From a virus, in IMG/VR virus record IMGVR_UViG_3300043395_003072, positions 94,463 through 158,462 of that record: a stretch of DNA of 64,000 nucleotides; one strand, written 5' to 3'. A program made the translations under genes and the position numbers. The stretch's first letter is position 1. The number at the start of each line of letters is the position of its first letter. Below, piece by piece: positions 20,223-29,235 of the stretch. The notes beneath the pieces were generated by a model. It worked only from the letters and a program-made list of their open reading frames with translations. It was not told the DNA's origin and searched no databases.

Positions 20223-22766
20223 TTAAGCTGCAGGAGGTGCAAGAGTAATATCGATTGTAACAGCCTCGATGGAGAGAGGAGGTACAAAAGTAACCGATGC
20301 ACGAAGCACGCCGTTAATACGATCAAGCTGAGATGCCGTCAGGTTCACTGTGATTGACTGTGCATATCCAGCAATAACCATAGCTCTCATCTGACCATCA
20401 ATGCTTGAACGCAATGAAGCGATTTGCTCATCACGATAAGCAGTACCAATTACGCTATTGCAAAGCCCTCTCAGGCGAGCGATGATTGCGTTTGCAGATA
20501 GAATTGAAGATACCTTTGAGTAATCGGAAGTGCGTAGCGCTGCAGTGTAAATTGAAGAGATCACGCCAGTCTGATCAACCATACAAACTCTTAGAGCTGC
20601 AAGGTTATCAAGTACTGCGCGAGGTGTACGCTGCTGAGGAGTGAAGCCTGTGATTCTGCCTCTTACTGGGCCTATAGGCTCTGTTCCAGGAGCAAGGTTG
20701 GCAAGGATAGCGGCGATAAGAGGTCCAGCTGAACCAAACTTAGAACCTTGCTGAGTTGGGATTAGCTGCCTGCCACGCTGGCCAGGGAATAGAGTCTTGG
20801 GATCAGGAGTAAATCCATAAGCTCCTACGACGACTACATGCTTGCCAAGATCGATAGGATTGCCTGAACGATCAAGTGCTTCATCTTGGTCATCAATGCC
20901 GTAAGGAGTTTGGTTAGGGAGACTATCGCCATTGGTGAGGATGATACCACCGAAAGCAGCACCATCACGATAATCAACTGCGCCAGCAAGTAACTTGGTT
21001 CCAAGCACCCCAGTACCATTTTTAGTTACCTTAATAGCGCCATCTGCCTGAACAGTGTAAGTTGCAGGATCTCCAGCCCAAGTAGCAACACCGCTAGCAG
21101 AAGCAGGTGCGGGGCTTGTAGGAACGATAGCGATAGTCTGAGAATAGTTTGTTGAAGCGCGATAAGCAGCAGTGGCAGCCTGGTGCAAGAATGACACTTC
21201 GCGAACTTCCTCAGCAGAAGCAACTAGCTCGACAGAGCTCTCGGCTCCATCAGAAGGGAAGCTCATTAGGCGTAGTGTTACAGCCTCAGGTACGAGCTCG
21301 CCAGTTAAAGCAAAGTGACCATAAACAAAAGGATCATTGTTTACGCGCTCTGGGCTGGCAAGTAGATAATCAGAAACAGCTCTGCTTGCGCCAATTAGTG
21401 AGGGGCGAAGGCGAACGGTAGAATCTAGGCCATTAGTAAGCACTCCTCCGATGATGCTCATTGAGCAGAAAGGGGTCTCTACAAGAAGCGCATCCTCACC
21501 TTCAGAAGGAGCGTTCAAAGTTACGTGACACTCAATCATACCCTTGTCATTAGGGAAGCACTCGATTGCAGTCTCAGCTCCAGCAACAGCATGGAAGTGA
21601 ATCTCAACCATGTTGAGTAGATCGCCTACGAGCTTCTGGTCAGCGCTAAAGCTATAAGAGATTCCATCATGGGTATAGTTGCCTACGTTAGCTGCTGCAA
21701 AAGGATCTTTGCGACCAAACATATACATGTAAGGGAGTCCATTAAATTGAAACTTCCAGAAATAACCAAGTTTATGCTTAGCCCAATCTAGAACTTCCTG
21801 AAGGCTGCTTGAAGCACTAAGCTCTACAGCAGCTGTATCAGCATAGCACTTCTCACAATAAATGAAATCTACATTCTCAAACTCAAGCTTCTCATAACCA
21901 GCTTCATTCGCAGCATAACGCTCGCAATGATCAAGATACTCTTTGGCAGAACCATCAATCTTGCTAACTGTAATTGCTGGATCTGCATCTGCGAGGCTTA
22001 CGACTGTTCTGCTAAACATATCAACTAGCTCTAGTTGGCTAGCCAGGCTAGTTGTGCTATTGAGATTTCCAACGTTAGAAAGTAAGAAAGACGACTGACT
22101 TGATAATACGCTAAGATCAGAGTCAGAGAATCCATCAGAAAGTCTATCGGCTACTGCGAAAGCATCCTTAGTATAAAGAACGTAACCAGTAGGAACATTT
22201 AGCTCTACGCTGAATACTGAGTCGCCATCAATCCTGATTAGTCTCTCAGAGTCAAAAACTACGAAAGGTCTCTCTCCCTTACGATTGCCAGAGTAAATAA
22301 TTACGCGCTGACGGACCAGGTTACCTTCTTCGAAAGGAAGAAATACCGCCTTAAGTCCTTCAAGAGTATTGATGATACCCCTGGCACTATCAGCCTCTTG
22401 TACTGGAAGAGGTTGAATATTAACAAGAGTATCAAGTTCAAAAGAGCCAGGGATAGCTTGTTTAATTTGAACATGGAAAGGCTTTGCGCCAATGCGAGAA
22501 ACTGAAATGTTTGCAAAAGGATTGCTTTGCTTTGCAGCAGTAACCACTTGCATGATTTCTGAACGGCTATCAAACTCTTCTACTGTCGAAGTAGCGTTTG
22601 TTACGCGGAAAACTTCTTTAGCCAAACCGCTTAAAGCAGTTGCTTGAGCATGAATGCGTAATCCAACTGCAGGATCTGCAGGTAGATTTCTACGCATGTT
22701 GTTATCATTGTAGGTGGTAGTGATTTCACCAGCAATGTTACTCAACGTAAGGTTTGTATATGGCAT
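20223..22766 (-). CDS. Tail sheath protein
   Basis: 847 aa. The C-terminus is sheath-like (I...LR..C...IG....; LRASVTFVPPLSIEAVTIDITL) and the gene precedes the tube gene. Confidence 0.8.
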   Translation of the reverse strand: MPYTNLTLSNIAGEITTTYNDNNMRRNLPADPAVGLRIHAQATALSGLAKEVFRVTNATSTVEEFDSRSEIMQVVTAAKQSNPFANISVSRIGAKPFHVQIKQAIPGSFELDTLVNIQPLPVQEADSARGIINTLEGLKAVFLPFEEGNLVRQRVIIYSGNRKGERPFVVFDSERLIRIDGDSVFSVELNVPTGYVLYTKDAFAVADRLSDGFSDSDLSVLSSQSSFLLSNVGNLNSTTSLASQLELVDMFSRTVVSLADADPAITVSKIDGSAKEYLDHCERYAANEAGYEKLEFENVDFIYCEKCYADTAAVELSASSSLQEVLDWAKHKLGYFWKFQFNGLPYMYMFGRKDPFAAANVGNYTHDGISYSFSADQKLVGDLLNMVEIHFHAVAGAETAIECFPNDKGMIECHVTLNAPSEGEDALLVETPFCSMSIIGGVLTNGLDSTVRLRPSLIGASRAVSDYLLASPERVNNDPFVYGHFALTGELVPEAVTLRLMSFPSDGAESSVELVASAEEVREVSFLHQAATAAYRASTNYSQTIAIVPTSPAPASASGVATWAGDPATYTVQADGAIKVTKNGTGVLGTKLLAGAVDYRDGAAFGGIILTNGDSLPNQTPYGIDDQDEALDRSGNPIDLGKHVVVVGAYGFTPDPKTLFPGQRGRQLIPTQQGSKFGSAGPLIAAILANLAPGTEPIGPVRGRITGFTPQQRTPRAVLDNLAALRVCMVDQTGVISSIYTAALRTSDYSKVSSILSANAIIARLRGLCNSVIGTAYRDEQIASLRSSIDGQMRAMVIAGYAQSITVNLTASQLDRINGVLRASVTFVPPLSIEAVTIDITLAPPAA

Positions 22767-22785
22767 TTAAATCTCCTATTAAGGA

Positions 22786-23505
22786 TTAAGAATTAGGTAA
22801 TATTCCGATATCAACTAGGATTGTTCTAATGATTGAATCTGCTTTTGCATCAAACTCTCTGAATCTTAAAAAGAATCTGAGAGGTCTACTAAATAGTCTT
22901 TGTCCGCTAATTGTTTCAAATTTATCTTCCATTCTTTCTTTAAAGAAAAAACGTTCAGCTCCACGTACTTCATATGCAAATGCAGAATTTATTAATAACT
23001 TTTCTAACCATATTGCACGTTTATTTGCAAGTTTATTAGACAAAGCCCAACAATTTAATTCTATTACATGATCAACAGGTCTACTTTCAACTGTTATTAC
23101 TTTATTAGGTAAACCAGGGCGCATTTCTTGATGTGAATAAGTTGCTTTCCTATGGGGTCTTGAAACACCTTTAGTATCCATCATACCAGGTTTTCTCTCT
23201 ACTACTTTGAATGATATAACTTCATTTCCATAAATAGAGATATCTTCTGGTGGGTACTCCTCTACTACTTTAATTAAAGCTGTTTCATCAACACCTTCTC
23301 TTAATTGAGCATCTTGTACTAGCTTTTGAGTTATTGAGAAAAACAAATCTAATGTCATTGGCTCCGTATTAGGAAGGAATGTACTAGCTATATTTACATT
23401 GTATGGATTGCCTATAGTGAATTCATTTAATACTAAATTGTTTAGTATCTCCCCATTACTATCTACTACATTGATAATTACAGTTTCTTGTAAATTTCTA
23501 GCCAT
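22786..23505 (-). CDS. Putative tail terminator/completion protein
   Basis: 239 aa, immediately upstream of the sheath; DHVIELNCWA.SNK.A pattern. Confidence 0.5.
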   Translation of the reverse strand: MARNLQETVIINVVDSNGEILNNLVLNEFTIGNPYNVNIASTFLPNTEPMTLDLFFSITQKLVQDAQLREGVDETALIKVVEEYPPEDISIYGNEVISFKVVERKPGMMDTKGVSRPHRKATYSHQEMRPGLPNKVITVESRPVDHVIELNCWALSNKLANKRAIWLEKLLINSAFAYEVRGAERFFFKERMEDKFETISGQRLFSRPLRFFLRFREFDAKADSIIRTILVDIGILPNS

Positions 23506-23507
23506 CT

Positions 23508-24062
23508 TTATCTTCTCTCTCTAATAGAATTAAACTCTTTACAATATACAGCAATATACTCAACACGACCATTATCTGCTCTATATTTTTGTATACTTTC
23601 TGGTCTATAGATCTTTTCTCTTTTATAAGGTATTATAAGATTTCCTTCTAAATCAAGACTCAATTCTACGATTTTATCATTATATGATATTTTTTCGTCA
23701 TATCTTAGATAAAAGATCTTATAGTCAGTAGCAAGATTACCAGGTCTATAATCCTCAATCTTATCAGCTTTACCTCCTACTGATCCGCTAAGAGTAGAAT
23801 AACATCTAGTAAATCTCTCGTTCCAAATGAAACCTTCTCCTAGACAATATTTGCATTGGTTTTCTTGGTCAGGCTCATCAGTTAACTTTGAACTACAAGC
23901 GCATTTTATTTTCTTTCCAGAAACATCAATAGCTGTTTCTCTTATTAAAGCTAAATGATTATGAGGCATATTATTATTCGCCCCATAAACTAGCTCATCA
24001 AATTCTTTTCTAAGATCAAGCTCTCTAGTCCCAGGGCGTTGTCTTCGAATAGGAGGGATCAT
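23508..24062 (-). CDS. Putative head closure/neck protein
   Basis: 184 aa. Contains CxC...CxxCxGxG and a C-terminal R.DNGRVEY; lies in the neck position. Confidence 0.55.
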   Translation of the reverse strand: MIPPIRRQRPGTRELDLRKEFDELVYGANNNMPHNHLALIRETAIDVSGKKIKCACSSKLTDEPDQENQCKYCLGEGFIWNERFTRCYSTLSGSVGGKADKIEDYRPGNLATDYKIFYLRYDEKISYNDKIVELSLDLEGNLIIPYKREKIYRPESIQKYRADNGRVEYIAVYCKEFNSIRERR

Positions 24063-25135
24063 TATCTGCCTCCTCTTTGAACTCTAGTAACTGAGGAATA
24101 ATAGTATTCATTCCATCCAGAGTATCCATGCTTGTACTTCTTCTCTCCATGAGCTCTATACATAGAGTTTTGAGTAGGTTGCAAGAATGGTTCGTTCCAT
24201 GGGTCGTGCCATTCTCTTGAGCGTTGATTCTTATCAGCTCGCTTATCTCCTTTAAGGGCTGAAGTGGGACCGAGCCCTTGACCAGGTACAATACAACCAC
24301 CTGCATTGACCACTCTCCACCACTCATCTCTCTCTGCTTTTAACTCATCTATTAGTTGCTTAAGATTAAAATCTAAGCTTCCTCCATTTTGAATTAATAA
24401 ATCTCCAAGTTGCTTTTGCTTTCCTGAACTTGGAGATGATGCTCCTACTGGCATGCTAAATAACTTGATAGCCGCGTCAAACATTACAAATCTTGTTCTA
24501 GCAAAGAGATATCTCTCTGATGTTGGGCGTACCCCAGTTATATTATCAGCTTCTAAAGAGGACCAATGTATTGCTAGAGCGAGAGTATCATCACGTACTA
24601 AATCTACCCAATTACCCATTTCCATACGAAGCATTTCTGTTGAACAATAAAAAGGATTATATTCCGTTGAAAATGAATAAAAGAGATCACTATTTAAAGA
24701 AATTCCATCTTCGCTTGATATTTCTTTAAACAATTTAACCACTATTAATGAATTAAAATCTAAACCACAATCAGCTGCACTAATTACCGGATTATTAATT
24801 ACTTTTATATCTTTTTCAAAAACAATTGCTTCACCATTAATTGATACAAGCCAACTCTCTTTCCAATCACCAAGTATCGGAAAGCTAGTTTCATAATAAT
24901 AGAAACCTAAATCTACTCTTACAGGATCAATGTCTAAGATTACTGTTCCATCAGGTCTTGTTAGAAAAACATTTAATTCTGCTGGGTCAATTAGTTCTCC
25001 ACAAGAATCTTTAAATAACATCTTTGATTTATATGTTTTGTTTAAAACATAACAATCGCATTTTACTTTTGTTGTTTTTCTAGGTACTTGTGTTGGATTT
25101 GCACAAGAGCTATTTCCATTTGAGCAATTTGACAT
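24062..25135 (-). CDS. Putative head-tail adaptor with an N-terminal Ig-like domain
   Basis: 357 aa. N-terminus is beta-rich (RVDLGFYYYE...GDWKESW); KQKQLGDLLI resembles adaptor motifs; consistent position. Confidence 0.5.
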   Translation of the reverse strand: MSNCSNGNSSCANPTQVPRKTTKVKCDCYVLNKTYKSKMLFKDSCGELIDPAELNVFLTRPDGTVILDIDPVRVDLGFYYYETSFPILGDWKESWLVSINGEAIVFEKDIKVINNPVISAADCGLDFNSLIVVKLFKEISSEDGISLNSDLFYSFSTEYNPFYCSTEMLRMEMGNWVDLVRDDTLALAIHWSSLEADNITGVRPTSERYLFARTRFVMFDAAIKLFSMPVGASSPSSGKQKQLGDLLIQNGGSLDFNLKQLIDELKAERDEWWRVVNAGGCIVPGQGLGPTSALKGDKRADKNQRSREWHDPWNEPFLQPTQNSMYRAHGEKKYKHGYSGWNEYYYSSVTRVQRGGR

Positions 25136-25146
25136 CTTATTTCTCC

Positions 25147-26328
25147 TTATAGCTCTAATATTATTTTGTTATCTTCTACTGATATTATTTTAAATACTTT
25201 ACGCTCTCTATCAGATCTAGTTCCATTTGGACCATCAAAGGTTCCGCTAACTGGATAAGATAATAACTCAACGCTCGACTGAGTTATTGTAGATGCATCT
25301 AGATTTTTGTTAAACTCAATAACTATTTGTTTCAAACCAAGATCAACATTAATTGCGCCATCATAAGGGGTGATTGATACTACTCTTAATTCTTCTGGAT
25401 TTACTACGCCTCCAGGTAATTGAGGAATCAGGCTTTCATCTACTCCTATTGGACTTGTAGAAGTATACTCTGGATACACATAAATTGAATCTGTACCAGT
25501 TTTAAAATTAATCAAATAAGAATTAACAAGCTTAACCTTACTGTAGCATTTAATAGTAAAGCTTTCATTTAAACTAAAACTTGATTGCTCAAACTTTACC
25601 ATCACTCCTCTATCGCAACTTCTCCACCTTTGTACGCATCTACTTAATCTCTGAGAGTAATACGCTTGGGCAGGTGCAGGTTCCACCTCATCACTAAACC
25701 ACCAAACATATTTAGCTTCAGAGCCAACTCCTGCTGTAACTATCTTTATATTTAAAGTAGCTAGTTGCTCATTGTTTTTAGGCTCGTAACTTCCATAACT
25801 AGATACTCTTGTCTCTAAGACTCCAAGCTTACTAGGTGAATAAATGGTTCTTTCAGTTATGCATTTGTTCTTTGATATAGGCACTAGTACGTCTGGAAGA
25901 CCATCTATATTCTCAATATTTGAACCAACCAAGAATAATGAATAGCTTGTATTTTCTTTTAAAGGCTCCTTAGGAGTTACCTTTATAAGAGTTCTTATCT
26001 CGCTTCTATCTATTAGATTGACTCCTTCTTCAAAAGATACAGGTGTAGTGTCTAGTACTGTAAGCTCTTCAAACTCACACTCTACAAAACCTTTAAATCC
26101 TGGAGATCTAAGAAAATAAGGATTCTCTCCACTAGAAGCGTTAATCCATAAAGAGTTATTGGGCCCCGAAGTTCTATCAAAGTCAGGCCCATATACAATT
26201 ACAGATTCTTTTACCGACTTTAAATCTACTGCATTATCAAATGCTAAATAGAACTGCTGCCCAATAGGAAATTGAGTTTCATTGTTCTGAGGGAAGCTCA
26301 GGTCTGCTAGTAGTTGTATCGCCATCAC
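25147..26328 (-). CDS. Ig-like (Big_5/SbsA-type) domain virion protein
   Basis: 393 aa with two Ig-like signatures: VTPKEPLKENTSYSL and VVSITPYDGAINV...IVIEFNKNLD. Confidence 0.6.
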   Translation of the reverse strand: MMAIQLLADLSFPQNNETQFPIGQQFYLAFDNAVDLKSVKESVIVYGPDFDRTSGPNNSLWINASSGENPYFLRSPGFKGFVECEFEELTVLDTTPVSFEEGVNLIDRSEIRTLIKVTPKEPLKENTSYSLFLVGSNIENIDGLPDVLVPISKNKCITERTIYSPSKLGVLETRVSSYGSYEPKNNEQLATLNIKIVTAGVGSEAKYVWWFSDEVEPAPAQAYYSQRLSRCVQRWRSCDRGVMVKFEQSSFSLNESFTIKCYSKVKLVNSYLINFKTGTDSIYVYPEYTSTSPIGVDESLIPQLPGGVVNPEELRVVSITPYDGAINVDLGLKQIVIEFNKNLDASTITQSSVELLSYPVSGTFDGPNGTRSDRERKVFKIISVEDNKIILEL

Positions 26329-26470
26329 TGTCCTCTTCGTTTCGTTTTATTTTGATGAATTCGCCTTCATCTTCTATAGTAAATTTATTATAAATTTCAT
26401 CATCTGCATATTTAAAGTTTTCTTTGATATAAATCTCTAAATCAGTTGGTTCTGTTTTAAAAAATCCCAT
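26279..26470 (-). CDS. Small hypothetical protein
   Basis: AAGGAG Shine-Dalgarno upstream of ATG 26470 (MGFFKTE...), a shorter start than in the ORF track. Confidence 0.5.
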   Translation of the reverse strand: MGFFKTEPTDLEIYIKENFKYADDEIYNKFTIEDEGEFIKIKRNEEDSDGDTTTSRPELPSEQ

Positions 26471-26488
26471 AAATAGCTCCTTAAAATA

Positions 26489-26518
26489 ATAAAGGCAGAT
26501 ATTGCTACCTGCCTTTAT
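26489..26518 (-). terminator. Terminator-like hairpin after the major capsid gene
   Basis: Minus strand ATAAAGGCAGG-TA-GCAA-TA-TCTGCCTTTAT followed by a T-rich run. A second hairpin, GACCTTC/GAAGGTC, lies just upstream. Confidence 0.6.
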
Positions 26519-26560
26519 ATTATATTTTGTTGACCTTCGCAAGGAAGGTCTTGCTAATTA

Positions 26561-27898
26561 TCAGAGGTTAGCGCGAACAGCAGCCTCAGTGAGATCAGCA
26601 ATATCGCTAGGAGCAGCATCGATTGAGCCATCCCAGCGGTTCTCAGCGCGCTTGACGTTCTTGAAGACGCCAACGCCTTGACCCTCATGAGCAACAGCAA
26701 AGCCGTAACGCTCACGGATCTTGACCTTGACAGTCTCAGTGTTCTCATCGCGCCACTCAACAGTAGTAGCCTCCTCGTCAACGAGGTGGAAACCAACGTT
26801 ACCTGAAGAGAGAAGGAAGATATCGCCAGTCTCTGACTCAGGATCGTAGGGGCAGAGAGGAGATACAATGATACGGAAGTTAAAGGGGAAGTAGCTGGGG
26901 AGCTTAGGAGCAGAGGTCATCATCTGACTACGCTCAAGGTTACCAGTTACAGACTCACCTGAAGCTCCAACACCAGAAGTACCAATGCCGCGAGGGTTGA
27001 CAACGCGAGTGCCCATTGTAGGACCGCGTGAACCCATTGAGCCATTGCTGTAAGGAGCAAGAGGACCGGGATCGCCAGTGTAGGGATTGAAGATTGAGCC
27101 GCCACCATGAGCAAGCATCATTGTACGGAGTACAGGATCTTGAACAAAGGTGTAGTAGAAGAGGGGGTGCATAAGTAGGGTGTCAGGAGTGAAACCCTCC
27201 TCGCTCATGTGAGCCATTGCACGCATGAGGTTCTCCATGGTTAGAGAGCCATTAGCGACAAGCTGACCACCAACAAGGCCACGACCGCTGCAAACGCCAT
27301 AGATTGACTGCGCAGGATTGAGGTTGTCAAAGAGTGAAGTGCCGAGTTGCTTGAGGAAAGCAACAGCCTTCTGCTCCTTGTGACGAACGAGAGCAGCGCC
27401 CATGAGCTCGAGGTTCTTGGCCATGATATCGAAAGTGCTGTAACGGAGAGCCTCATCGGTGAAGCTTGCAGCGATACCGCTCTTACCGATATAAGCAGTG
27501 CTTACAGCGCCACCCATCTGGAAGCTTACCTCAGGGTAAGTACCAGACTCTTGCACGTCGCCAGCGTAAACAGCGCCCATTGCGCCAGCAAGGATCTGAG
27601 TATTGAGACCCTTAGCAGCTACGCGAGTAAAGAGGGGTGTGATGGTGAGCATAGGCTCTACGGGCTCACGAATAAGGATCTCCATTGACTCCTGAAGGAA
27701 AGGAGTAATCTCTGAAGAAGAGATTGCATCACGATTCTTGGGAGAGATGGTATTCGCAAAAGACTCCCAACTTACAGATTGCTCTGAGTCAGGAAGCTCA
27801 CCGCGATTACGAATCATGTCTGCGAGATAACGAGCAGCAGCCTTGCGTGAACTAGGAAGCTGAAGCTCCATGCCGTCAGTTAGCTTTAATGTAGCCAT
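26561..27898 (-). CDS. Major capsid protein (HK97 fold)
   Basis: 445 aa. Contains K.G.A..FTDEALRYS.FD, PDTLLMHP and KIRERYGFAV motifs, has strongly biased codons, and lies downstream of the protease gene. Confidence 0.88.
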   Translation of the reverse strand: MATLKLTDGMELQLPSSRKAAARYLADMIRNRGELPDSEQSVSWESFANTISPKNRDAISSSEITPFLQESMEILIREPVEPMLTITPLFTRVAAKGLNTQILAGAMGAVYAGDVQESGTYPEVSFQMGGAVSTAYIGKSGIAASFTDEALRYSTFDIMAKNLELMGAALVRHKEQKAVAFLKQLGTSLFDNLNPAQSIYGVCSGRGLVGGQLVANGSLTMENLMRAMAHMSEEGFTPDTLLMHPLFYYTFVQDPVLRTMMLAHGGGSIFNPYTGDPGPLAPYSNGSMGSRGPTMGTRVVNPRGIGTSGVGASGESVTGNLERSQMMTSAPKLPSYFPFNFRIIVSPLCPYDPESETGDIFLLSSGNVGFHLVDEEATTVEWRDENTETVKVKIRERYGFAVAHEGQGVGVFKNVKRAENRWDGSIDAAPSDIADLTEAAVRANL

Positions 27899-27932
27899 AT
27901 TATATTAATCCTTTTTGTATAATTCTAATATA

Positions 27933-29201
27933 TTATTGGAGCTTGACGTTGATGACAGCGATCTCGTCAGCAACGGTCTCACCAAAGTGAGCAGGGAAAG
28001 TGATGAGGTCAGAGAAGCCACCAGTTGCGCTACCAGGCATCTTGGCAGTAGCATCGAACTCATCGCCATCCCAACCAGTACGAACGCGCTCAAGGTGACC
28101 ACGAGGCTCCTTGAACATTGCAAGCAGACGACCCACTACGAGGTGATCAGCATGATCCTCATCGCTAGCAACTACGAAGTTGCTCATCGCGTCGAAGCTT
28201 ACGAAATCGCCAGGACGACCATCGCCAACGAACATCACCATACGCTCCTGAGAAGAAGCTGCAAGGGTATAATCAAACACTGAGAAGCCAGTGAGTCCAG
28301 TAGGAAGCCCATTGCCACCTTGCTCCCAAAGGAGAATGATTCCAGCGTCAGCATCAAGAGTCCAATCGCCAAGCTTAGCAAGTAAACTAACATCTGCACG
28401 ATGACGAGTAGAAGCCATTCCGCTCACAGTCACAGGGGTGCGTGAAGTGTGTGAAGCGACCTTGCCAAGTCTGAGATCATAACCAACAACATTGTCGCCA
28501 GAAGCAATGAGTCCAGCATAGCGAGGCATTGCTGAGAGCTCCGCTGAGGTAAGAAGTGTTGCTGCGCCAACAAGTACAGTAGTAGCTTCCTCAGCACAAA
28601 CGTGAGCAGCCTTCATCTGGATATCAGTGAAGAACTGAATTAGATGCTGCTTCTGATAGTTGGTGAAGTGAAGGTTTGCAGGATCGTCACCAGCCCAGAC
28701 AAATACGTCATAGGCAAGGATACCTACAGGAGCAGAAATGAATGCGCGAGCAATTGCCTTTGCGCCAGCAAGATCATCAGCAGCCTCATCAAAAGAAGTA
28801 CCTGCCCAACCAGAAGCCTTCACTGCAGTTGCAAAGTCCTCAAGGCTTACAGTGTCAGCAGCTGTAACGAATGCGCCAGTACGAATATCAATTACGCGAG
28901 CAGCAACATCGTTAGCAGTATACTCAAGAATTGTGTCCGCAAGTGCGCCAGCATCAAGGCAACGACGGAGAAGCCCTGAAGGAACAACTCTGCCAGCGCC
29001 GTCAAGGCTTACAACCTTGCCAGAAGACATAACAAAGTAATCCTTGCTACGCTCATTCTGCCAAAGTACGGGAAGCCAAGCAGCAGGCTTCCACTCGCCG
29101 TGAGGAACTGAAGCGTTCATCTGCACGACGTTATTGGGTGTTAAGTGATCCATTAGATCAGTACGGGTCTTGAAACGACTCTGGAAGCGACTAATAGCCA
29201 T
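27933..29201 (-). CDS. Putative head decoration/minor capsid protein
   Basis: 422 aa between the protease and the major capsid gene, with the same high-expression codon bias. Confidence 0.55.
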   Translation of the reverse strand: MAISRFQSRFKTRTDLMDHLTPNNVVQMNASVPHGEWKPAAWLPVLWQNERSKDYFVMSSGKVVSLDGAGRVVPSGLLRRCLDAGALADTILEYTANDVAARVIDIRTGAFVTAADTVSLEDFATAVKASGWAGTSFDEAADDLAGAKAIARAFISAPVGILAYDVFVWAGDDPANLHFTNYQKQHLIQFFTDIQMKAAHVCAEEATTVLVGAATLLTSAELSAMPRYAGLIASGDNVVGYDLRLGKVASHTSRTPVTVSGMASTRHRADVSLLAKLGDWTLDADAGIILLWEQGGNGLPTGLTGFSVFDYTLAASSQERMVMFVGDGRPGDFVSFDAMSNFVVASDEDHADHLVVGRLLAMFKEPRGHLERVRTGWDGDEFDATAKMPGSATGGFSDLITFPAHFGETVADEIAVINVKLQ

Positions 29202-29235
29202 ATTTATTCTCCTAAAAGATTAAATCTTTTTTCTA